Positions 53,633 to 64,000 of a stretch of 64,000 nucleotides of DNA are shown here, in pieces. This DNA is from Flaccisagitta enflata (lineage: Eukaryota): contig OZ231126.1 of assembly GCA_965153355.1 (NCBI GenBank), positions 44,516,001 to 44,580,000 on the forward strand, given 5' to 3'. Each line of letters opens with the position of its first letter. Positions within the stretch are counted from its first letter, which is position 1. Both the position numbers and the translations under genes were made by a program. The notes below the pieces were generated by a model. The model ran no database searches and was not told the DNA's origin. It saw only the letters and a list, made by a program, of their open reading frames with translations.

Positions 53633-53810
53633 GAAAGGATAGAGGCAGGCAATAATGTAGCATATTTTTAGCAATCCGAGGCAATAAACCGTAAGATTGG
53701 CTTTTTTATGAGGGGAGGTAAATATTTCTTTTTCGCGCTCTGAAAAATTTTCTTCCCTCAACCTCTCACTGCTTGCTCTTCTTCCTCTCTTCTTCTTTCT
53801 TTCTTTCCTT

Positions 53811-54073
53811 TTTAGATGCGTCCTCGCATCTCTATAATAGTCTGTGTCCGTCTGTTGGTCGGTTGATTTGTCTCTCTGTCTGTAAAAAGCATCAGAATCT
53901 TGCATTTTTTCATCAGAAAATTCATACCAACTCAGTAAAAGTAGCATACATTGAATGAGTCATTCATTAAATCATTCATTCATTGATAAACAACATTCAT
54001 TCATAACAAACATTCATTCATAAAAAAACTTTCATTCAAAGAGGACGCATCGTTGGCCTACTCGGCCTTGTTT
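53811..54073 (+). mobile_element. HINE/DINE-1-like element, family A variant
   Basis: SubTIR GATGCGTCCTC / GAGGACGCATC and 3' hairpin GGCCTACTCGGCC followed by TTGTT. Confidence 0.6.
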
Positions 54074-55971
54074 TCCTCATGCCTCATCTCAGGTTCCCAA
54101 AATACACAGGCGCAATAGGGCATCTTCATCTCTCCTTTCCTTTCCGTCCACTTATTTTTTTCCTTTGCTTGCTAATATCTCGTGTTCCCGCCGCGCCATC
54201 TAATGTCCATCATTCTATCTAGACTCTCTCTCTATCTCTCTTTCTTTCCTATGTTCATCGTTCTGCCCAATATTTCTTTCGAGTCTCACGTTCATTGTTT
54301 GGTAGCGATGGCGTGGTATCTGATAATTAGAACTATTCGCTTCTCCTTTATTACCTCCAGGGTTGGATGCTTCGCATACAAAAAATTGGGAGTATCCCTT
54401 TGTCCCGCTTACGCAATACGGAGGAACAAAAATCATATAGATGAGCGTTTTCCTTTTTTTAAAATTCTATCATCTTCCGTTTTTGTTTTGACCTTGAAGT
54501 TACCCATAGAAATCAATGGGAATCGAAAATTCCTTTCATAGTTTTGTTACTGATAAGGCAGTTATTTGTATTGGAAAATCACAATATTTGTAAGGATAGA
54601 CTTCAATATTATAGCAATAACTATATAAGAGCTTACTTAGAAAGCTGATGAGCAATTTCATGAAAAAAAAAAGAATTAGTAGAAATCATTTCAAAGAACA
54701 TCAGCACAACAATTTATCCAACTGCATTATGCAAATTAATTCTTACAAAAAGCTCGCTAAAAAACGGAAGATGAACGATTTTGAGAAAAAGAAAAATGGT
54801 TAGAGTTCTAAAATTAACCACTCTACATAAGGTAAGCGGGACGAAGAGAAATTCACAAGTTTTGCTATGTGAAGCTTCCAATCTCCAGGGTATAATCCCT
54901 GCCGAAATTCCTGCCGTCTGAATCATATACCACCATTGCATTGACTGCTTAATTCCAGCTATGAGCCACAAACACCAACATGGAAGATCAAATCCCCGCA
55001 TTGAGAATCAAAATCATGTAATAGACAATAGTCATGGTTTGGCAGAGTCCATTTCTTCAAAAGGCAGGTTTATGATCCCGTATGGGGCCAGGGGCAAAGG
55101 ATTTACGCTTGCCTTTGGCGAAACAGTATACTAGCTTTGGTCACATATGTGAGAAAGATTTGGTTTTAGTATGATACGTATGTGGAGAAAGCTTCAGTAA
55201 TTAAGTAATGACAAGTAGAACAATAAACGTAATCTTATGAAAAATGTTTCATGCGAATTTTTGCGAATGGGCAATCGTCTCCCCCCCCAACACATCAAAT
55301 GAAAATGCGCACATATCTGGAGTATGTATGCACCCGTCGACGGAAATTGCATGTAGGAAATGGAAAAAATTGGTGAGGATAGGCTAGGTTCGGATCGCAC
55401 ATTTGTGTTAGATCACACACCATCAGCCATATTCCAGTCGCTCACCCGACCTTGCCCTACTAGCTTGATCTAGTTTTTTATATAGTTTTTAGTTTTCCGA
55501 ACCTCTAAACCCTGTCCAGGGCGCACATTCCCCATCGATAAAGTCTTTGAAATGTGCACCCATCAACGGAAAATGCACGATAGTCACTGGAAAATGCGCA
55601 CACGTTAAAAGAAAACAGTACACGCAGCCCTAGAAAATGTGCGCTCCTCAACGGGAAGTGCGCACTCTTCAATATAGGAAACAGTGCACGCAGGCGCAGA
55701 AAATATGAACACGTCAACGAGAAATGTGAGTTGCATGGAAAGAAATCACGTGAACAAAGAAAATTTGACTTCGAATTCCCCTTTCGTCCTGGAAACAGTT
55801 CCCCGCCATGAATTATTCCTCAACTTTCATTCATCAACGTCAAATCGACGGTTTTGTGGCGAATTTGTCCATTTGTCGGTCTGTCTAACGATCGGTCAGT
55901 CTGGTTGTCGGTGCGTTGATTTTTCTTTTACCGAGATAAAACCATGCCAGTAAAGAGAAAAAAGATGATAT

Positions 55972-56134
55972 TTTTAGTCGCGGACAAGCGACTCTATAAG
56001 AGGCTTTGTCCGTCCGTCCGTCCGTTGGTCGGTCGGTTCGGTCCGTGGTGATCGAGTTGGAAAGCGTGAAAACGCGCATTTCTGCCCCTGCCCACCCGTC
56101 CGCGACTGGTATTGGCCGTGTATCCGGCCTTGTT
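55972..56134 (+). mobile_element. HINE/DINE-1-like element, family A (near-identical to 63309-63476)
   Basis: AGTCGCGGACAAGCGACT...(GTCC)n...CGCGACTGGTATTGGCCGTGTATCCGGCCTTGTT. Confidence 0.65.
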
Positions 56135-56454
56135 TTGGGGTATCTTTTCATTTGAATTAGACATGAAGTTTCTGCGGCTGCAGAAAAAGTGATATGAATG
56201 ATGAGTAATGACTTATGATGATAACGATGTTGATAATGATGATGATGATTCTGATTCTGATGCTTTTGCTGATCATGACAATGTCAATGATGACGATTCA
56301 GATAATGAGTACGAGTGTTCATAATTTCGAAGTAAGTTGTGATCCTGATGGTGGTGACAATGATGGATGAAGAATTTTTTTGGAAATACAGGATGCCTAA
56401 GAAAGGCAAATGGGTTCAATCGTCATCCTGATATTCCTTTTGACCGAAAGGATG

Positions 56455-57070
56455 AAATAGTCGCAAAAGCGCTAGATGGTCAGCGGTACCCGTTGCCCCT
56501 ACATGAGTTTATGAGGGTGTGAGGTGGTGAGAGGGGCAGCGGCCCCGAAGGAGCCAATGACCTATGCTGTTTTTGTTTGAGCCTGGAGGTTGGAATTGGG
56601 GTCTTGAAGCTGGCATTTGAGCCTGGAGGCGGGGATTTGAGCCTTGTGGCTGGGATCTGAGCCCCGTGGCTGGGATTTGAACCTCGAGACTGGGGTTTGA
56701 GCCTGAAGGCTAGGATTTGTCCCTCAAGACTGGCATTTTTGCCTCAAGACTGGGATTTGAGCCTCGAGGCTGGGACTTGGGCCACAAGGCTGAAATTTGG
56801 GCCTTGAGGTTGGGATTTGGGCCTCGAGGCTGGGATTTGGGCCTCAAGGCTGGGATTTGGGCCTCAAGGCTGGGATTTGGGCCTCGAGGCTGGGATTTGG
56901 GCCTCGAGGCTGGGATTTGGGCCTCGAGGCTGGGATTTAGGCCTCAAGGCTGAAAGCGGGGGGGGGGGGGGTTACGGAAAATAAGGAGGAGGATGAGGAG
57001 GAGAAGGAGGAGAAATTTCTCCTGTGTGAAAGCATAGGTCATCGGCCCCTTCGGGGTCGCTGCCCAAAAA
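56455..57070 (-). mobile_element. HINE/DINE-1-like element, family B, with expanded 20-bp tandem array
   Basis: (GCCTCGAGGCTGGGATTTGG)n at 56580-56950 between subterminal inverted repeats. Confidence 0.65.
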
Positions 57071-57330
57071 GGAAAGAAAAATGCAACAATGCTCGCCTTG
57101 AAGAACCCGGAAGACTAGTATGACAAGACGGTGCTTCATCTTCACTCCTCTGAAATATTCAGGCGCAGGAAGAAGACAAAGAACGGAGAATTGAGATGGA
57201 GTAGAGGGAAAAGAAAGGGAAGGAAAAAGTGATATTCACCTTGGAAGTGACGTGTGTCTTGGTGTATCATTACTATCTTTGCGATATTTCATAATCATCA
57301 TCATTATTATCATTATCAACATCATCATTA

Positions 57331-60156
57331 CACTTTTTTTATTTTATAAGAACCAAGTTTATAAGAACGTTAGGCTTCAAATCATCAAAAATTTAAGAAC
57401 ATGCTAAGAACATTCAAAGGCTTTATTTCTTCAAAAATTTAAGAACATTAAGCTTAAAATCTTAAAAATTTAAGAACATTTTTTCTCTGGGCTTTTTTCA
57501 ATCGATTGTTCTTTGTAAATCAAGAGACTCTGTTCAGCAAATCAAGTTCCACTTTATATAGTATATATCTTTCTACTTTTATTAATCTTTTTATTCAGTT
57601 ATAATGTTTAAACCTGCTGCTTTGTTATTTCATTGACATTTTTTCTCATTTTCTTATTAATAACAAACATAAAATAATTAAAAATGTTCCACTGTGTCAT
57701 ATGTAGGTACACCCTAAGCGAAATCCCAAAAGTTCCCAATGACCCAATTTTTCGCCATAAGCCCATTGGAATTATCCCATAGAAGCCAAAAAAAGTTATA
57801 GAGCACATTCCGTTCAGATAGACGCACGTATTGCCGTAAAATGCCGTAAAATACCGTAAAAATGGCATTTTTGCCAGTTTTTTTGGTCTAAATCCGTTGC
57901 TTTAGTCATATAATCGTCAAACAATGACGTTCTGGCACTGAGCCACCATCATGCACAAATTCAAGTCAATCCGTCATCATTCAGCATATTTTTATGCCGT
58001 AAACTGCTATCAAAATGGCATTTTTGACCATTTTTGAGGGGTTTTCTTCCTGTTGTAGATGGACAACTACTCAAGAAATTGCCAGAAAATGTGTATTTGA
58101 ACCGGACACAATACTACGGAGTTTCAAAACATTGAGTTAAGTTTGAGTCTCATTTCATTTGTAAATGTTCATAAAATGCCGTAAAAAGCTTTTATATTGG
58201 CATTTTTGACTGTTTTACAACTACTGAACCACTTTCTGTCAGAAAATGGTGAACAATGATAATCTGGCACTCAGACACCATCATGCACAAATTCAAGTCA
58301 ATCCGTCATCATTCAGAATCATTTTTACTGTAAAATTTCGTCAATATGGCAAATTAGATCATTTATTGGCCTGTTATGGCCCTGGTATGAGTGTTTGATG
58401 GTCCTCGAGTATATTTTTCCTAGTTCTGAGTGGTTTGAGTGAGATTCAAAAAAATTCCAAGAACAATGATCAATTTGAAGAAAATGCGATTTAGGCATTT
58501 TAGGCCAATTTTGGCCTGTTATGGCCCCGGTATGAATGATGAAGGGTCCAAATGAGTATACTTTTCTTAGTTCAGTGTAGAATGAATAAGACTGGCAAAA
58601 AAGTCTGAATAACAATGATCAGTTTGAAGAAAATGCTGATTTTGGCCATTTTAGGCTGTTTTTGGCCTGTTTTTGGCCTGTTATGGCCCCGGTATAAGTT
58701 TTTAAAGGTCCTAGTGAGTATACTATTCCTAGTTCTAAGTGGAATGAGTGAGATTGGCAAAAAGATTCTGAATAACAACGATCAGAATGAAGAAAATGCT
58801 GATTTTGGCCATTTTAGGCCGTTTTTGGCCTGTTTTTGGCCTGTAATGGCCCTGATGTAAGTTTTTAAAGGTCCTAATGAGTATATTTTTCCTAGTTTTA
58901 AGTGGAATGAGTGATATTGGCAAAAAAAATCTGAATAACAGCGATCAATATGAAGAAAATGATGATTTTGGCCATTATAGGCCATTTCTTGCCAAAAATG
59001 GCTCAAAATGGCCAAAAATTGACTCGAAATCTAAAAAAAATGTGCAAATTGATTGTTTTTGATGTGAACGAGTCTCTTTGAGGGGTCTGAACCCTGAAAT
59101 TTCAGATTTTCAAATTTTAACCAATATTGCCATTTTTTCATAAAAAATTAGGCCACTTTTAGGCACTTAGAACACGTCCCACTCACATTTAAACAAAAGC
59201 AAAATAATTTCGCAGGTCAAAATCCAGCTGTAAGCAACTTTTCAGCTTAATTTGAAAAATTCTGACCAGTCTATACCCATTTTTCAAATTTCTTGTTGGT
59301 AGGGTTGTTGGGCTGGTCTGCAAATTGACCGCAAAATTTGGATCCAAGACATCAAACATAATGTAAAGACATGGTCTTGTGCCAAAAATTGACATCCTCA
59401 GTCAATTTTGTTAAGAGATAATTTGATTTGTTTTTTACCAAAAATGACATTTTTCGTATGTTGCTAAAAATGGTCAAAAATGGCTGAAGGACCGCCAGGA
59501 ACCAGACAAATCAACACTAGTACCTGATTGTACACTAATAGGGGTATCAAATTCTGCAAAAAAATTTCTTGGACTTTCTGGGGCTATATGAGTTTCAGAA
59601 CTACTTATTTTACATTTTGAGACAAAAAAACCCTAAAATTTGAATTTTTTCAATTTTTGCCCCAAAATTCAAAACCTATATCCAAATTTTTTTCCTCACA
59701 TCGATAAAGGTGCTCAAGAGCTAACCAGCAAAAAAATCTGCATGTCAAAAACACAATTTTTAGAGCCACAGTGACTATTTTTTCATCCGTATCTCTTGAC
59801 AAAAAACAGTCCATTTTTCCCTCAAAAAATTCATTGATTTTCGACTTTGAGAGGGTCGTGACGTCACTGTAGCGCCAAAAAATGTCCAAAAATGTTGGTT
59901 TGGTCTTAGTTTACGTTTTTCCTCGCCCTCTAAATCAATGTTGGTGCATATTTCTCAAAATCAATTTTTGACCCCCCAAAGTTGGCCCTGTGTTCACTTT
60001 TCGTAGAGATACGGCACAGTGTGTTCTTAATTGAAGGTTAAAAAGTGTGTTTAAATTAAGAACAATTTAAGAATGTTCAAGCCTTGAAACCGCTCAAAAT
60101 TTAAGAACATTGAAGGCTTGCTCAAAAAATGGCGTTCTTATAAAATAAAAAAAGTG
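57331..60156. mobile_element. Second copy of the same TA-flanked MITE, split by the Transib-like insertion
   Basis: 57331-57689 and 60022-60156 align colinearly with 21534-22034. Confidence 0.75.
57690..60021. mobile_element. Non-autonomous Transib/RAG-like DNA transposon, 2332 bp
   Basis: Ends CACTGTG...CACAGTG; 5-bp TSD TGTTC (57685-57689 and 60022-60026); the paralogous host MITE has a single CGTTC at 21901-21905; internal tandem repeats of about 180 bp (58370-58990); no ORF. Confidence 0.75.
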
Positions 60157-60250
60157 TATCAATTCATCATCATCAACTCATCATCATCATCATCAACATC
60201 ATCGTCATCCGCCTCATCATCATTATCATCATCATCATCATCATCATCAA

Positions 60251-60295
<45 letters not shown>

Positions 60296-60302
60296 TATCA
60301 TT

Positions 60303-60370
<68 letters not shown>

Positions 60371-60371
60371 T

Positions 60372-60471
<100 letters not shown>

Positions 60472-60831
60472 CCATCATCATCATCGTCATTATGTCCCAA
60501 TCCGTGTTGCTGTCATTCTTCCCGCGAACGGTGGCTTTTTTCTGGTGTTAAGCAGGCGTCATATTCGATGTCCACCTTTCAACGCTCGTCGGGCCTCCGA
60601 GGACGTTTTCGTCATTTTCAGAACGTAATCATATTTTGGTCAGAATCTTGTAACGAAAAAGACGCTGAAATTATCGTTACGAAAAACCATTTTTTCGCGT
60701 TCTCACGACGAATCATTCAGGTTGGAAAGTAAGTCATGCTCGAGGTGTGGCTGATGGACCTCATCCATGACGGCACTAAAGCTCATCTTCCGTCTTCGCT
60801 TTCCCCCCGGCTCACGTCTCCCTGCCGCTGC

Positions 60832-60936
<105 letters not shown>

Positions 60937-61432
60937 GCTCTCTCCTTAAAAGGTCTGATTCACGTACATACATATCCGCAAATCTGTTTTGACCCAAATT
61001 TCTTTGAGATTTTTTATGTAGATGGCGTAACTTCGCGACTTTGGCGCCCTTATCCACAAATTGCGCTAAAAAAGAAAACAAGCCCGACCAAGCAACGATG
61101 CGTCCTGGCTGTGTAGCTGCGTGTATTGAGTTTTGCCCTGAGCATCTGATATTTGGAGAGACAGACGGACTGACAGACAGAACCTGTGCGCCAACTACGA
61201 GGTCTCTAGATGCGCCTAATCCAAGTATTCACCATCGGTGATTTTCAATGAATTGGAAAGGCCTGACGGACATACGTACCGACCGACAGATGGATGGACA
61301 GACCCACTTGAAGAGATGCGAGGACATGTCTACAACAGCAAAGGGGGAAAGGAAGGAAAGGTTAAGGAAAATGATGAAAATAGCATTGAGTCAGAGATAT
61401 CAAATGATGTTGTAAGGATTATGATGTAAAAG

Positions 61433-61617
61433 AAACAAGGCCGGATACACGGCTACCCCAGTCGCGTGCGGATGGGTAGGAGCAATGCTGGAGATGGTCA
61501 CTAGAGCAGCAGGCTCAAAAAGGTCAAAAACGCTGAAAGAGTTAAAAAGGGACCGACTGACCGACCAACGGACCGACCGACGGACCAACACAGCGGGGTG
61601 TAGAGCACTTGACTAAA
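61433..61617 (-). mobile_element. HINE/DINE-1-like element, family A
   Basis: AACAAGGCCGGATACAC terminus and (GACC)n tract. Confidence 0.6.
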
Positions 61618-62111
61618 AACCGACAGGTAGGTCTTAATCTACTTAAACCTTTCAATTTCATATCAACTTTTTCAATAGTTAAAATGTTAAAATATGATTA
61701 TATTGAAAAAGACCAACTTTTAGTCAGTCAACGTAGCAAAACAGTTGTAAGCGGATGTTGCTGTGACGCTGTCCTCAAAAAAAGTCCTGAAAAAAGTCAA
61801 GGCAAGAATTTCAAAATCGGACGTCCATAACTATGACCAGGAAACACGTTCAGAGTCGATGGCCATCACCGAAAGACGCGGATGGGAGCTCATTTTATGT
61901 TAATCGGTCTCTGAAGTACACTCTCTGTCGCTGTCTGTCTGTCTTTGTCTGTCTGTCTGTCTGCCTGTCTGTATTTATTCTGTTGGTCGATGTGTCTTTC
62001 TTTGACTGTCTGTCGTTACCTGTCTTAGTCTGTCTGTCTTTGTCTGTCAGTCTTGGTGTGTGTGTGTGTGTGTGTGTGTGTCTGTCTGTCTGTCTGTCTG
62101 TCTGTGTGTGT

Positions 62112-62215
<104 letters not shown>

Positions 62216-63308
62216 GTCAGACGGAAGTCGAAAACTGGCTTCGATCAAGAATTTCAAGATGGACCACGAGCAAAGTCCATTGGCGCGAGGAGGTTTTACT
62301 GCTGACGACGCGATGATATGGTGGGGGGGGGGGTTAAAGGTGGAGAAAGGGAGGGTCAGTGATTAGTCCAAATAGTGCGTGATGGTGGACATCTAGTTCT
62401 GGCTTAATGGCAGAGATTTTTAAAAGTCATACTCAATGGTGCATTAATCTACCGGTGATGACGATGTTAGAAAAATAAATGTAACAATAATGAACGAAAA
62501 ATCACTTTTGCTAGTGATGGTACGAATATCGCAAAACCTAAGGTACACAAGAACAAGGCCATCACGTGCGCTATATGAATCGTAAAACAAATGCGTGACG
62601 GACCAACCGACGAGAGGACGTACAGAAGGACGCGTTGGTGGTGATGACCACTTTTGGACACGCACGTAGAAAACCCATTCTGCGTATGGTCGCTTAATTC
62701 GTCCTTATTTCTCGTCATTCACGTGATTTTGTCATCTCTGCTTTGAAAATCAACAATAACATCAGTTGCCTCCAATTGTCTTGCCTCTTAACACCAGTTC
62801 CATAAACAACGTCAAAAAGTACGAAGAAGCAAAAAGAAAGAAAAGAAAGAAAAAATATTCTAACTGAGCAAGCTGGCTTGTGTATCGTGTTATCCACTCA
62901 GTGCTTGCCATGCTAATCATTCCGTAACTTACCCCTGGCAAGCCAGCAGTGCGTCGTTTGGCGACCTGTGGCTCGACCATGTCTTGACCTCACTTGATCT
63001 TTCCAGGAAAGGAAAAAATCGGACGTTAAGTCACCGTCGACGATTTTGGATAGGCGCGACATGAGACCTGAGACCTAAGGCCAAGACCTGATTAACTAAG
63101 AGGGCTTGAAAAGGGGAGTCGCCTAATCGCTGATTTGTTGAATCTAATCGACATTGAAAGAACTGAAGGAAGTTTTAGCACTCTCAAGATTTTTTTTCTT
63201 TTTTGCATAGACTGACTGTTCCATTTTTCGCGAACAGACGCTCCAAACACACCGAAACATGTTTCCATTAGCGTTGACAAAATTTCACAATCCCTGATCA
63301 GTAAATGA

Positions 63309-63476
63309 TTTTTTAGTCGCGGACAAGCGACTCTATAAGAGGCTTTGTCCGTCCGTCCGTCCGTCCGTCCGTCCGTCCGTCCGTTGGTAATGATCGAGTT
63401 CAAAAGTGCGAAAACCGCATTCCCGCCCCTGCCCATCCTTCCGCGACTGGTATTGGCCGTGTATCCGGCCTTGTTT
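63309..63476 (+). mobile_element. HINE/DINE-1-like element, family A
   Basis: Near-identical to 55972-56134. Confidence 0.65.
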
Positions 63477-63655
63477 CTTCGGCAAGTGGTAATCAATGCC
63501 AATGATGAACCATTGGAATTGTACACCTCGTTAAAATGATTTAAAAGATCATTGTCTAGCTGTTGCAACATGAGCTTCTACTTCCGCTTAAGTGTAAGGC
63601 ATGAACGCATGATAATCAATAATTATTATCTATCAACAGATTGTATACTAACATG

Positions 63656-63978
63656 AAGCGCAGCAGAACAGAAGCAGGAAAGAGTGCAAATACCAATACA
63701 GATACGTCACATGAGTAATTACAATTTATAATACAAAGAGACAGGAAGACGGATGCGGAAGAAAATAAATGATCGAGTAATGTTTGATTTCATAAAACCG
63801 CATAGTATCTCGCATGGTACCTGAGATAAAGCGCAGCAGAACAGAAGCAGGAAACAGTGTAAATACCAATACAGATACGTCACATGAGTAATTACAATTT
63901 ATAATACAAAGAGACAGGAAAATGGACGTGAAAGAAAATAAATGATATAGAAATGGATGATTTCATGAAACCGCATAG
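63656..63978. repeat. Tandem duplication of a unit of about 172 bp
   Basis: AAGCGCAGCAGAACAGAAGCAGGAAA... occurs at 63656 and 63829. Confidence 0.85.
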
Positions 63979-64000
63979 GGCGCACGACATCTCTCTCTCT

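Noticed and set aside
62670-63571. Minus-strand gene fragments (donor GTAAGT near 62930)
   Set aside because: Could not assemble a phase-consistent, recognisable protein.

Overview
Eukaryotic (invertebrate-like metazoan) genomic DNA, very rich in microsatellites and transposons; the species cannot be determined from sequence alone. Three spliced minus-strand genes were reconstructed by hand with canonical GT-AG introns and consistent phases: an 18-exon ARMC4/ODAD2-like armadillo-repeat gene (20649-3957, about 864 aa), a 6-exon single-pass membrane protein with two Ly6/uPAR-like (three-finger) domains (26116-22411, about 424 aa), and a 5-exon casein kinase 1 gamma-like gene apparently lacking the palmitoylated tail (51480-47176, about 346 aa). 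Mobile DNA includes a gag-only LTR retroelement inside an ARMC4 intron, an internally deleted AcademX DNA transposon with nested inserts, a non-autonomous Transib/RAG-like element with CACTGTG ends and a 5-bp TSD, many TA-flanked MITEs, Helentron/DINE-1-like elements, and LINE and Penelope fragments. There is also a 29-bp dimeric satellite and a degenerate hammerhead ribozyme motif. Most ORFs in the supplied track are microsatellite artefacts. All family assignments are by motif recognition; no database searches were run.
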